Assembly: GCA_048939625.1 (NCBI GenBank)
Contig: JBHLPH010000004.1
Coordinates: 57,473-121,472 of the forward strand
Reading direction: 5' to 3'
DNA: 64,000 bases
DNA from: Promethearchaeota archaeon
GTDB lineage: Archaea; Asgardarchaeota; Hermodarchaeia; Hermodarchaeales; Hermodarchaeaceae
Part shown: positions 38,353 to 48,517 of the stretch, in pieces
Layout: every line of letters starts with the position of its first letter
Position numbering within the stretch: position 1 is the first letter of the stretch
Program-made: the position numbers and the translations under genes
Notes under the pieces: model-generated
Seen by the model: the letters and a program-made list of their open reading frames with translations, nothing else
Told to the model about the DNA's origin: nothing
The model's database searches: none

Positions 38353-38796
38353 CTAGAGGCTTTTAAGGGCTTGGCGGATTTTCTCAGCTTGTTGTTGCAG
38401 CTTGTCATCAGGTGGTGTCTTTCCATAATGGGGGCCGACCTGAATCCGTAATCCGTCCCCTTTGAATCGTGGAATTACGTGGATATGAATGTGAGGGACT
38501 TCTTGAAATGCAGCTTTTCCATCTGCTAGCCAGACATTGATTCCCTCACAGCGGAGCCCCGATTTACGAATCGCTGCTGCTATTTGTCCTGCAACTTGGA
38601 AGAGTCGTCCACCTAGTTTAGAGTCAAGGTCTTTCAAGCTGGCAGCATGATTCTTGGGGATGACGAGAGTGTGTCCAGGATTGATTGGTCGGATGTCTAA
38701 GAAGGCAATGATTTTGTTGTCCTCATAGACCACATTTGCTGGAACTTTTTTTGCCACAATTTTACAGAAGACACAACCAGTAGATAATTCACTCAT
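38353..38796 (-). CDS. HIT family nucleotide hydrolase
   Basis: CVFCKI, FLDIRPINPGHTLVIPK, HIHIHVIPR. Confidence 0.95.
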   Translation of the reverse strand: MSELSTGCVFCKIVAKKVPANVVYEDNKIIAFLDIRPINPGHTLVIPKNHAASLKDLDSKLGGRLFQVAGQIAAAIRKSGLRCEGINVWLADGKAAFQEVPHIHIHVIPRFKGDGLRIQVGPHYGKTPPDDKLQQQAEKIRQALKSL

Positions 38797-38854
38797 AACT
38801 GTGACTTGGTCTTTCCCGTTGATAAATGCCTATGTTTCACCATCAGAGGATAGG

Positions 38855-41440
38855 CTACTTGTCAGAGCGCCCTTGGTTCAGGATGTCATATATTTGTTCA
38901 GCGTTGGCGATGTTCTTACCAGCGAATTTGATATCTTTGGGATGCAAGAGAATCGCATGGGTTTGATTACCACCCACGCCTCCGTGATTGCCGATAAGCT
39001 CTTCATAAGCCGCCACTGAGCCATCTGTGTATACAGGGCTGACAACAGTAAGATCACCAGCACTGGGGAACTCGGCGAGTCGAAGCAGCTGTTTCACACG
39101 TACGTCTTCTCGGCCATAGGGGATGAGCGGGTTTGTGCCATCAACTTTACCCGTTCCCAGTTCAACTGCCCCTTCCTTTCCAAGGAGTATAGGACCACGA
39201 TTGGCATCGAGCACAATAACAAAGCCAACACCTTCGTGTGCAACTAATTTGGATACAAATCCAGAATGGATCTGTTCTAAATCTTGCAGGGTAAGGCGTT
39301 CTTTTTGTGTTTTGAAGTAAATTTGAGCGAGGTTTCCAGAAGCACACACGATCACATCATCGGATTTAAGGTGCTCTCCAGTATCGACTTTATCTTGCTG
39401 TGTTTTATCTCGATAGAAATGGCGTAAGGGATTCTTTGTTTCCTTACCTTCGACTTCATCTTGTCCTTTGTTTAGGTCATCGACAAGCCCGCCGACATAG
39501 CCGACGTGTGCGTCAATGGCTTCGATTTCTCCTACGGAGAGTTTGCCTTCGAGAAGATTGGCAATGAGCTCCTTGAGGGGCATGTCATATCGTTGTTTGA
39601 AGGTCCAACCTGAGGATTGTCCATGATCTGAAAGGACAAAAAGGTTGTATGGTCGCGGAGCGACATTTTCAATGGCGTGTAACACCCGACGGATTTGTTT
39701 ATCGAGCCCCCGAAGGGCTTTGAGAGCATCTGTAGTCATAGGTCCTGAGTGATGAGCAATTTCGTCATAACCGAGGAACGTTACATAGATGCCAGGAACG
39801 CCTCGAGTGATATTAGTAATAACCATCGAGGTGGAAATATCGCGCATGAAGATATTGGTGGCAGCTCGGACTCCAGGATAGAACTTGTGAAGCCTGTTCA
39901 TGCGGGGTTTCCGTCGAGTGATGGTTTGTTTGATGATTTGCCCAATTTCAACGATGAGATCCCAGATGGTATAGATGATGCTTCGATTCATGGCCCAGGG
40001 ATTCACGAGGTAAAAGTAAAGATCTTCACTGCGTCGTTTGGCCGCAACGACATCCGGTTCGGAGAGTGTTGACATGGTGAAGAATGAGTATGTAGCATCT
40101 CCACTGACCAAGTTACTAACACTAGAGCCTCCATTACGAAGAATGCCTTTTCCATCTGAAGCGCGTTTATCGATGTATTGGGCATCCGGTTGATGGTTGG
40201 AGGTGAGCATGCGATCATCTTTTTTAACATACCAACGAAAGGCAGGGATGTCGTTGTTGTTGCCGTGAAGGATTCCGGCTTGGCAGGAGGAGGTCATTGA
40301 GGGGATACCACAATCCCAGCTATCGAGTTGGTGACTTCCACGGTCTAGCAGGTATTGTATTGTGGGCATGTATTCTCGTTTCAGTGCTTCCTGAAGCACT
40401 TCGATGCTTAATCCATCGATTTCTAAGGCTACTAATCCAGGAGTTTGAGGAACATCTTTAATGTCACCGACTCGCTGGATTTGTTTGGCGACGTATTGAC
40501 TGAAGAAACTGCTATCGTCATCAAGACCTACTAAATTGACAATGACTGCATTAATTCCAGCAAGTATAAGTCCGGCAAGTATTGCGGCCCAGATATTGAC
40601 CACAACGAATCCAGGCATAAAGGTACCTAAAATCCAAAGTAAGAAGCCGTTAACTATGAACATAAGGATAAAGGAAATGGCAAATCCTATCCACCATCGT
40701 GCAACCCAAGAAACAATTCGAGTAAAAACGGGACGAATGAGGACATTTAGAATAGCGATTACAGCCACAACGATATAGGCAATACCTAATCCACTCAGGA
40801 AATCACCTGTTAGGAAGCCTGCGATTGCGATACCTGGATAGAAGACTGCCGTAAGAAGTAAGCTGAGAGTGTTGAGATTCCAGATAAGGATGACGCGTCC
40901 TATCCGAATAGTCGAGTATGGTTGTTGATCCATTTGCCATATGAGGAAAGCGCCTACAAAAAAGACGTTGATAGCCAAAACACCAAAGAACAGACCTAGA
41001 GCAAGATTTAGTATGATTAGGGGACCACTTGGAGTGAAAGGAAAGAGGAGTTTGAAAAAGTAGCTGACGATCCCTCCTGTGATGGCAAGAATTGATACAC
41101 CCACACCCAGAGGAATTGCCCAAGGCTTTTTGTAGGCTGTTCCAAGTGCAACAATCATTCCGATAATAGATACGAAGATGAGTGTAGTTCCGAAAACGAA
41201 GAAGAAATTCACAATGAAAGGGATGGTAAGTCCAGCATTGGTTATCTCGGTTAAGATTTGATTGTAAAGAACGGGATCATTGATTGCCAGAAAATTTAGG
41301 AGATCTATGAGGTTGACGGGAAGGAGACTAACAAGGGCTCCGATTATCGTGAAAGCAAACATCAACACGAAATCAATACCTGCAATAATTCGGACAATGC
41401 GAGGAGCAAAAACTACCTCTTTGCTGTTTGATTCACTCAT
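38855..41440 (-). CDS. Membrane protein: extra TM region + 4-TMS holin-like (DUF360) domain + alkaline phosphatase superfamily domain
   Basis: LNVLIRPV...IVNGFLLW...PGF; EIDGL, SMTSSCQAGILHG, YDEIAHHSGP, LSDHGQ, HGGVGG. Confidence 0.85.
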   Translation of the reverse strand: MSESNSKEVVFAPRIVRIIAGIDFVLMFAFTIIGALVSLLPVNLIDLLNFLAINDPVLYNQILTEITNAGLTIPFIVNFFFVFGTTLIFVSIIGMIVALGTAYKKPWAIPLGVGVSILAITGGIVSYFFKLLFPFTPSGPLIILNLALGLFFGVLAINVFFVGAFLIWQMDQQPYSTIRIGRVILIWNLNTLSLLLTAVFYPGIAIAGFLTGDFLSGLGIAYIVVAVIAILNVLIRPVFTRIVSWVARWWIGFAISFILMFIVNGFLLWILGTFMPGFVVVNIWAAILAGLILAGINAVIVNLVGLDDDSSFFSQYVAKQIQRVGDIKDVPQTPGLVALEIDGLSIEVLQEALKREYMPTIQYLLDRGSHQLDSWDCGIPSMTSSCQAGILHGNNNDIPAFRWYVKKDDRMLTSNHQPDAQYIDKRASDGKGILRNGGSSVSNLVSGDATYSFFTMSTLSEPDVVAAKRRSEDLYFYLVNPWAMNRSIIYTIWDLIVEIGQIIKQTITRRKPRMNRLHKFYPGVRAATNIFMRDISTSMVITNITRGVPGIYVTFLGYDEIAHHSGPMTTDALKALRGLDKQIRRVLHAIENVAPRPYNLFVLSDHGQSSGWTFKQRYDMPLKELIANLLEGKLSVGEIEAIDAHVGYVGGLVDDLNKGQDEVEGKETKNPLRHFYRDKTQQDKVDTGEHLKSDDVIVCASGNLAQIYFKTQKERLTLQDLEQIHSGFVSKLVAHEGVGFVIVLDANRGPILLGKEGAVELGTGKVDGTNPLIPYGREDVRVKQLLRLAEFPSAGDLTVVSPVYTDGSVAAYEELIGNHGGVGGNQTHAILLHPKDIKFAGKNIANAEQIYDILNQGRSDK

Positions 41441-41597
41441 AATATAACGCCTCTGAACAGATGAAGGCTATCAGGTGGTTTGAAGCCTTTTATCTTATTG
41501 TTTTTCTGAGTTTCGAATGAACTTGTGTGTGGCTGCGAAAGCTATTTGTGGCATCTATATAGACGGATTGCAAGATTTAGCGATTGGTGTGTTGACT

Positions 41598-43430
41598 ATG
41601 AAAGGTTGGACTGGCCAGCTTTTACGAGTAAATTTAACGACTAAAGAAACCGCTACAGAAGCATATCCGAAAGACCTTGCTCTACAGTTTGTTGGCGGTC
41701 GCGGATTTGCAGCAAAAATTCTTTGGGAGGAGGTCCCGCGAGGGACTGATCCCCTGTCACCTGCTAATAAATTCATTGCGGCCGTAGGACCGCTTTCGGG
41801 GCTACCGATGCCAAACGTTGGAAAAACTGTTGTTGCATCAAAAAGCCCATTAACAGGAATCTATGGAGATGGAAATCTGGGCTCTCATTTTGGTGCTCAA
41901 TTACGTCGATCTGGCTATGATCTGGTTGTAGTTGAAGGAAAAGCTGAGAAGCCTGTTTATATCTTCATTGAAGATGCAGATGTTAGTATTTTGGATGCGG
42001 ATAAGCTATGGGGTAAGGGAGCGTTTGAAGCTGAACAAAAATTGGAGGACCTCCATGGCAAGAATATTGGGACGTTAATGATTGGACAGGGTGGCGAGAA
42101 TCTTGTGAAATATGCAGTTGTTCGCTCCATGATGGGACGAGCGGGAGGTCGACCAGGCATGGGAACAGTCATGGGTTCTAAACGCCTAAAGGCGCTGATA
42201 GCTAAAGGCAGTAAGAGCCCGGAGATTGCTGATCCTGAAGCGTTTCGACAATTGGGTCGGGATGGTTTCAAAGACATTCGGGAGAAGCCAGGTTATAATC
42301 AGTGGATGACTCAAGGAACTATGCTAATTCATGCATGGTGCCAAGAATTCAGTGTCTTGCCCAGTTACAATTTCAAGGAGGGGCAATTTGAACATGCAGA
42401 GGCATTGAATGGGGATACTATGGAAGCGATGAAGGAAAAGACCCATGGCTGTCCCAGTTGTACAATGCAATGTGGTCACTGTATTAAAGACGCTGAAGGC
42501 AAGTCCGCCGAACTCGATTACGAGAATGTTGCCCTCTTAGGTTCAAATATCGGGATGCGGGATTTACGTGAAGTCGCAACGTTGAATCGATTAGCTGATG
42601 AATTTGGGCTCGATACAATTTCTCTTGGGAACACAATTGGATTTGCCATGGAAGCATCAGAGAGAGGACTTCTCAAAGATAAGCTTGATTGGGGAGATTA
42701 TCAAGCAGTCAAGCAACTCATTTCCGATATCGCCTTCCGACGAGGAACCTTCGGTTCAGCGCTTGCAGAAGGAACTCGCAGTTTTGCCCAAACACTCGGA
42801 AAAGATGCTTTGGATTATGCTATGCAAATCAAGGGGCTTGAAATCTCAGGCTATGATTGTCATGCAGCTCCAGGTATGGCCTTAGCATTTGGTGTCTGTT
42901 CAATTGGTGCGCACCACAAAGAGAGCTGGATAATCACCTATGAAGTAGACGTGGGTCGAGAATCCTATGATGAGAGCAAAGTGGAAAAAGTCATAGAACT
43001 CCAACGCATTCGAGGAGGCATGTTCGAACAACTTGTTGGTTGTAGGTTCCCATGGATTGAGGTGGGCTTTGACCTCGAATGGTATCCCAAATACTTTGCT
43101 GCTGCGACTGGACTGAAGTGGTCGCTAGATGACTTTTGGACTGTTGCTGATCGTGTTTATTCGCTTGTTCGATCCTATGGAGTTCGCGAATTGAATGGTG
43201 AGTGGGATCAGACCATGGATTATCCACCCGCTCGCTGGTTCAAGGAACCCTTGTCCTGCGGACCACTGACCGGTTCAAAACTTGACAAGGTCGGTTATGA
43301 GAAGATGTTATCTTGGTATTATCAAAAACGAGGATGGGATAACCGCGGAATCCCTACAAAGAAACGTCTTAAAGAACAGGATCTTGACTGGCTTATTCCT
43401 GGCCTTGAAGAGGTAGTTTGCTTAACTTGA
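41598..43430 (+). CDS. aor: Aldehyde:ferredoxin oxidoreductase (tungsten/molybdopterin AOR family)
   Basis: GGRG, KSPLTG, GRAGGRPGMG.VMGSK, CPSCTMQC, DEFGLDTIS; ORF track starts at 41517. Confidence 0.93.
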   Translation: MKGWTGQLLRVNLTTKETATEAYPKDLALQFVGGRGFAAKILWEEVPRGTDPLSPANKFIAAVGPLSGLPMPNVGKTVVASKSPLTGIYGDGNLGSHFGAQLRRSGYDLVVVEGKAEKPVYIFIEDADVSILDADKLWGKGAFEAEQKLEDLHGKNIGTLMIGQGGENLVKYAVVRSMMGRAGGRPGMGTVMGSKRLKALIAKGSKSPEIADPEAFRQLGRDGFKDIREKPGYNQWMTQGTMLIHAWCQEFSVLPSYNFKEGQFEHAEALNGDTMEAMKEKTHGCPSCTMQCGHCIKDAEGKSAELDYENVALLGSNIGMRDLREVATLNRLADEFGLDTISLGNTIGFAMEASERGLLKDKLDWGDYQAVKQLISDIAFRRGTFGSALAEGTRSFAQTLGKDALDYAMQIKGLEISGYDCHAAPGMALAFGVCSIGAHHKESWIITYEVDVGRESYDESKVEKVIELQRIRGGMFEQLVGCRFPWIEVGFDLEWYPKYFAAATGLKWSLDDFWTVADRVYSLVRSYGVRELNGEWDQTMDYPPARWFKEPLSCGPLTGSKLDKVGYEKMLSWYYQKRGWDNRGIPTKKRLKEQDLDWLIPGLEEVVCLT

Positions 43431-43454
43431 ACCAGTGCTTCTCAGAATCGATTC

Positions 43455-44012
43455 CTAATCGGTTTTATCAGTGAAACTGATGCGAAAAACACAATGAGAT
43501 GCTCCTTGGAGGCGTCCTTCAATTTGGGTGACGCGGGCAATGTAAGGAACCTGAAGATTATCAATCCAATGCTGAAGAAGCCCTTCAAGCAGTCCTGAGA
43601 CAAGCTCGCAGTAGCGGAGATCCATTTCTGCTTCGAAGGTATCCTGGGAACAAATCGGACAAGATTTTGTTCGGAGTAGAAGTGTTCGATCGTCGGTAAA
43701 CTCCATGGAATCCGGTGGACTACCTGTGGCTAATTTCCAGTTGCGTGATAGATACTCATCAACTCGATTCAAAAAAAGATCAGCAGAATTAGGATAGAAA
43801 TCTTCTTGAGGTTCTCCATAACGAGCCACCAGTCCGAGTAAGAGGGGAGTAGTCATGGTCTTTCCTAGCGCATGAAGGGCCCGTTCGATAGCGGTAGGAT
43901 TGCCTGCATGCTCAACAGAAAGAGCTTCAACCAATCGAAGATAAAAGATCGGCATTAACGGGCCAGAAAATAATGGTGGTTTTGCTTCTGTGGTTCCTTC
44001 ATTGGTTGTCAT
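43455..44012 (-). CDS. V4R domain protein (Bet3/TRAPP-related fold)
   Basis: ALHALGK..., SCPIC...YCELVSGLLEG...G.SHCVFRI. Confidence 0.75.
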   Translation of the reverse strand: MTTNEGTTEAKPPLFSGPLMPIFYLRLVEALSVEHAGNPTAIERALHALGKTMTTPLLLGLVARYGEPQEDFYPNSADLFLNRVDEYLSRNWKLATGSPPDSMEFTDDRTLLLRTKSCPICSQDTFEAEMDLRYCELVSGLLEGLLQHWIDNLQVPYIARVTQIEGRLQGASHCVFRISFTDKTD

Positions 44013-44054
44013 TCGTTATTAATCCTCCTTCAGTTGACCGCATTGATGCTGTGG

Positions 44055-45302
44055 TTAGCCTTTCTTTTCAGATGCTTCGTTTTTTCCTTCCGTGGCTTTT
44101 TCAGGTTTCTCAGGGATTGTATCCTTCGCCTTTTCCTTTCGGGTTGTTCTAGCAGGAGCACGATCCCGAAGTTGACGTTCTGCTTCGGCTAGCGGACCAG
44201 TCGGAATTGTTGCAGGCAATGTAGGAGCTTGTCCAGTTTTTTCAGCAATTTCTACTGATTTCTCAGCCCAAAGCACTTGTGCTGGATGCACCCCAGCTAC
44301 ACGCCAATAGAAGAAACGATCCCAGAGCTTCTCTTCAATGGACAGTACACCGGCTGAAAGAGAAACGAGGTTGAGGCCCAGTCGTTGAAAGGCCTTCGCC
44401 ACGATTTTCCGGACTTCATCTCGAATTTCTGCTTCATCTCTTAAAGCGCTCATGAATTCGTGCTCAGAGAATTTATCTCGCATCACATTATCGATTAGCG
44501 TCTTGAGATATTCGACTAGCTCTTGGGAATTCATAGGAATCCTTTGCTCATGGAGGTTTGAAATGAGTTCTCGAGCGTCATCAACAACAAAGGCGAAAAG
44601 AAGCCCATACGGCTCTTGGAGCCGAACCGACCGCTGATAAATGGTTTTTGTCTCTTTTCCTTCTCCCGTGGTTACGGGTATATCGAATTCTTCTCGGCGC
44701 CAAGACTTACCCGTCCATGTGAGCCGTGCTAGATCAGAGGTTTGGGTTACACCGGTATTTGCATAGACGTGAACACGCCCAGTGTAAATGTAGACGATGT
44801 TAGATTTGAACCCTTGACCCCTCCAGCCTGTTTTAATCAAGGGAGACGGAAAAGTTTCAATAGCGTATGGGGTTTCGCTGGGTTCCCAGACTTCATAGAC
44901 TTTGAATTCACGATCGCCATTGTTGAATTCCTCACCATAAGCGCAGCAAAGCCAATCGGGAGGAACATAGATTTTTGCGTCTTTTTCGAGGATTTCAATT
45001 TGCTCCATATCCCGCTCCAAATCTGGAGGATGGTAGATAAAGAGAGGTAGCCGCGAATCTGATTCTTGGATTTCGGTCCCGGTCGGGAGCATGCGAGCTA
45101 TAGTTTTGCCGGTAGAAAAACCGCCAAAAGCTGCAAGCCGAGTGAGTCGCCGAAAAGCGCGGATTGCTTGAGCACCACGATCCTTATGGGGAGCTTGGAT
45201 CATTTGTGTCCAGTATGTTTGTCCTCCAACATCACCGATTGGGATGGTGGGGTGGGGACCAAGGTGTGGATCTGGTGCCATTAGACATACAGTTTTTGCC
45301 AC
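44055..45302 (-). CDS. SPFH/band-7-like domain protein with extended N-terminus
   Basis: YGLL.F.VDD..LI..L...ELVEYLK.LI..VMRD...EIRDEV....FQRLGLNLVSL resembles the SPFH core (YdjI-like); no clear TM. Confidence 0.6.
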   Translation of the reverse strand: MAKTVCLMAPDPHLGPHPTIPIGDVGGQTYWTQMIQAPHKDRGAQAIRAFRRLTRLAAFGGFSTGKTIARMLPTGTEIQESDSRLPLFIYHPPDLERDMEQIEILEKDAKIYVPPDWLCCAYGEEFNNGDREFKVYEVWEPSETPYAIETFPSPLIKTGWRGQGFKSNIVYIYTGRVHVYANTGVTQTSDLARLTWTGKSWRREEFDIPVTTGEGKETKTIYQRSVRLQEPYGLLFAFVVDDARELISNLHEQRIPMNSQELVEYLKTLIDNVMRDKFSEHEFMSALRDEAEIRDEVRKIVAKAFQRLGLNLVSLSAGVLSIEEKLWDRFFYWRVAGVHPAQVLWAEKSVEIAEKTGQAPTLPATIPTGPLAEAERQLRDRAPARTTRKEKAKDTIPEKPEKATEGKNEASEKKG

Positions 45303-45364
45303 AGTGAAAGCCTCCTTCTCATATTTGCGAATACTTCTAACTTCAAATAACTATTGGTGCCTAG

Positions 45365-46213
45365 TTAAAAGCCAGTGATTTCATATCGATCTCCAAGTCG
45401 TTCTGCTTTTGCGTCCTCCTTACTGCGCCATTCTTGGATGAATTGTTGGGTTTTTTGTTGAATGGCAGAATTTGTGGATTGGGCAATCCAATCCATGGAG
45501 ATGTGGACATGATCTCCACGGAGTACAATTGTCCTCGCCACTGCATCATAATACCCCCCTTGACCCTTTTTTGCAAGGTAGGAGACAAACGTCGTGAATA
45601 GCTTTTGAGCCTTATTTTTATAACTTTGCAGCATACTCTCAGGAACTGCGGTCATTTGCCTAATGATGCGCTTCCCAATAAGATCATAGATTGCTGTTTC
45701 TGTTGTGGTTTCGTGTTTAACTCCGCTTTCTAAGAGTTTGTAGAAGTCAATCGGTCCGGTGAAGCAACTCTTGAAAAAGCCATGGCTAGTTCGCTGAAAA
45801 TCAAGTAACTCTCCTGTAGCTTTAATATAGACAACTTCTTGCACACCATCAGAGCGCTCCACAGCGAGGTTGATATGTTTCTTCCACTTACTGTAACTCT
45901 CCGGATTTTCTTGGAGTTCGGAGAGAAACACGAGAGGCACATTGAAGAATACCTTACTATGTTTTAATGCTCTTTCTAATTCGCCCTTGTATGGTTCAGT
46001 GGGTGGGAGTCTTTCAACTTCTGCGACGAATGCAGTCCGGTAACTCGTCAGGATGAAATGACCATCCTGTCCCTTCACCATCAAAGGCTCACTCCCTGCT
46101 CGAACGCCTTTGGCGATCTTAGCTTTTGCGACGAGGAGCAACGTTTCATCAGCTTTGGGGAGAATGCTTTTAGCAATGGTTAGTTTTTCAGTTGGTTCCA
46201 GTTCCCAAGTCAA
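45365..46213 (-). CDS. PH/GRAM-like domain protein
   Basis: E.LLLVA...G..GHFILTSYRTAF...VPL..LSEL....WKKHI.L pattern. Confidence 0.5.
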   Translation of the reverse strand: MTWELEPTEKLTIAKSILPKADETLLLVAKAKIAKGVRAGSEPLMVKGQDGHFILTSYRTAFVAEVERLPPTEPYKGELERALKHSKVFFNVPLVFLSELQENPESYSKWKKHINLAVERSDGVQEVVYIKATGELLDFQRTSHGFFKSCFTGPIDFYKLLESGVKHETTTETAIYDLIGKRIIRQMTAVPESMLQSYKNKAQKLFTTFVSYLAKKGQGGYYDAVARTIVLRGDHVHISMDWIAQSTNSAIQQKTQQFIQEWRSKEDAKAERLGDRYEITGF

Positions 46214-46258
46214 TGAGATTTACCTTCCTTTCTTTTCTATAGAATTTGTGTTATTTCA

Positions 46259-48409
46259 TTATTGTCCTAGAAAACGAGCCGCGAATTGAGTGAATTGATC
46301 CATTGTGTCCTGGGTTATGCTTGGTCTTGTAGATTTAATGGCTTCGTGGAAATGTGCCATATTAACGCGTTTAGCTTCTAGATTGGTGCGTAGAACGGCA
46401 AGGACCGCCTTGCGACAGACGTTTTGGATATCAGCCCCTGAGAAACCCTCTGTGACTGAAGCGAGTTGTTCGACCTTTACATCCTCAGCGAGTGGCATAT
46501 TTCGAGTATGGACTTCAAAGATAGCTTGCCGCGCTGCTTGGTTGGGAGGTGGTGTGAAGATGAAAATATCGAACCGCCCAGGACGTAGGAGAGCGGTATC
46601 AATCATATCAGGACGATTGGTGGCTGCAAGCACGACTACACTTTCGAGTTGTTCCATTCCGTCCATTTCTACCAAGAGCTGGTTGACAATGCGTTCACTT
46701 ACACGGCTATCAAATCCAGATCCACGGCGGGGTGCAATATTATCGAGTTCATCAATAAAAAGAACTGAGGGAGCGGCTTGTCTAGCGCGACGAAAGATTT
46801 CTGCGATGATTTTTTCAGATTCGCCAACCCATTTGCTCATTACTTCGGCGCCTCGAATGCTGATGAAATTCGCTTGACTTTCAGTAGCCACTGCTTTTGC
46901 CAGTAGTGTTTTACCAGTGCCTGGAGGACCAAAGAGTAAGACACCTTTTGGAGGAGTGATATTGAATCGTTGAAAGATATCAGGGCGACTGATAGGTAAT
47001 TCAACTGCTTCTCGTATAGCCTGCTTGGCGGATTCCATTCCGCCCACGTCTTCCCAACGGACCATAGGAACCTCGATAGCAATTTCTCGAAGAGCAGAGG
47101 GTTCAACTATTTGACGAGCCGTTTTGAAATCATCAGCGCTAACTACAATTTGATTTATCATATTTGGAGGAACTTGCATCTGCGATTCTTCAATTTGGGG
47201 TAACACACGGCGGAGGGCACCTAGAGCCGCTTCCTTCACCAGAAAGGCTAAATCGGAACCGACGAAGCCATGAGTTCCTTGGGCGATGCTGTGGAGGTCA
47301 ACTGAGTCATCGAGGGGGACACCCCGTGTGTGGACTCGAAGAATATCATAGCGACCGTGTTGATCAGGAACGGAAATATGAATTTCTCGATCAAACCGTC
47401 CTGGGCGGCGCAGTGCTGGGTCAACTGCGTCTAATCGGTTCGTTGCAGCGAGGACGAAGACTTGATCCCGGTCTTGGAGACCATCCATGAGGGTGAGTAG
47501 TTGGGCTACAATCCGGCTTTCCATGCCTCCCGATTCTCGTCGGCTAGCAATGGCATCGATTTCGTCAATAAAGATTATCGCAGGTTTATTTTTTTCAGCT
47601 TCTTGAAAGGCATCTCGAAGAAATTTCTCGGATTCACCATAATATTGACTCACTATTTCGGGACCATTGATTGCCCGAAAGAAAGCTTCACTTTCAGTAG
47701 CCACCGTTTTGGCGAGAAGTGTTTTGCCACAGCCGGGGGGTCCGTGCAGAAGTACCCCTCGAGGTGGTTGTATTTTCAATCGTGCAAAAAGCTCAGGGTG
47801 GCGTATTGGTAGTTCGACGATTTCTCTGATTCGGGAAATTGCGTCATCTAAACCGCCGACATCATCGTAGGTTGCGGTAGCAATCGGAGTGACTTCATCT
47901 GGAGCTTCCTTCTGCAATATGAGGTCAGTATTGGTATTGACGATCACATTTCCAGCTGGAACTGTTTTGGCAACATAAAACTTAGCTTCTGCCAAGGCGA
48001 ATGCGGCTCGTCCGACTGCAATAATAATATCTTTCCTAACTGGTTTATCAAGAAGATTGCTTTTCAATAGAGAAGTGGCTAGTTCCTGACGATATTCGAT
48101 TTCTTCCCCCTTGAGTGGAGTCAATATGACGCTCCGCGCTGGTTGACCCTCGGTCTTTTGCACTGTTACAACGTCTCCAATCCGAACACCCGCATTCAGT
48201 CGAGTTAGACCATCCATTTTTATGACATTCTGGTTCTGCAGGGTGACATCGCGGATTGCCTTAGCGCACACACTTTTCTTTCCAACAATCTCAAGGAGAG
48301 AGTCATCTGCGAGTTGGAGTTGGTCAAACACGTTAGGATCTAAGCGGACCGTGAACCGTCCAACATCAACCGCACTAGCTTCTGCCACACGTACTGATGC
48401 TACACTCAT
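46259..48409 (-). CDS. cdc48: Cdc48/p97/VAT AAA+ ATPase
   Basis: N-domain (DVGR, MDGLTRLNAG); two AAA modules (GPPGCGKT/DEID, GPPGTGKT/DELD) with RPGRFD; ORF track starts at 48562. Confidence 0.96.
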   Translation of the reverse strand: MSVASVRVAEASAVDVGRFTVRLDPNVFDQLQLADDSLLEIVGKKSVCAKAIRDVTLQNQNVIKMDGLTRLNAGVRIGDVVTVQKTEGQPARSVILTPLKGEEIEYRQELATSLLKSNLLDKPVRKDIIIAVGRAAFALAEAKFYVAKTVPAGNVIVNTNTDLILQKEAPDEVTPIATATYDDVGGLDDAISRIREIVELPIRHPELFARLKIQPPRGVLLHGPPGCGKTLLAKTVATESEAFFRAINGPEIVSQYYGESEKFLRDAFQEAEKNKPAIIFIDEIDAIASRRESGGMESRIVAQLLTLMDGLQDRDQVFVLAATNRLDAVDPALRRPGRFDREIHISVPDQHGRYDILRVHTRGVPLDDSVDLHSIAQGTHGFVGSDLAFLVKEAALGALRRVLPQIEESQMQVPPNMINQIVVSADDFKTARQIVEPSALREIAIEVPMVRWEDVGGMESAKQAIREAVELPISRPDIFQRFNITPPKGVLLFGPPGTGKTLLAKAVATESQANFISIRGAEVMSKWVGESEKIIAEIFRRARQAAPSVLFIDELDNIAPRRGSGFDSRVSERIVNQLLVEMDGMEQLESVVVLAATNRPDMIDTALLRPGRFDIFIFTPPPNQAARQAIFEVHTRNMPLAEDVKVEQLASVTEGFSGADIQNVCRKAVLAVLRTNLEAKRVNMAHFHEAIKSTRPSITQDTMDQFTQFAARFLGQ

Positions 48410-48517
48410 CTTTAGCCACACACCAATTAGAACATGGCTACAAGGTTTCTTGGTATTACCCACGCGAGTAGCATATTTAACTCCGGCGCCTGATAGTGGA
48501 ATATGGGTCGAAATACT

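Noticed and set aside
38855-41440. Holin domain as evidence of a provirus
   Set aside because: No integrase, capsid or other viral genes; the fusion is a known cellular architecture
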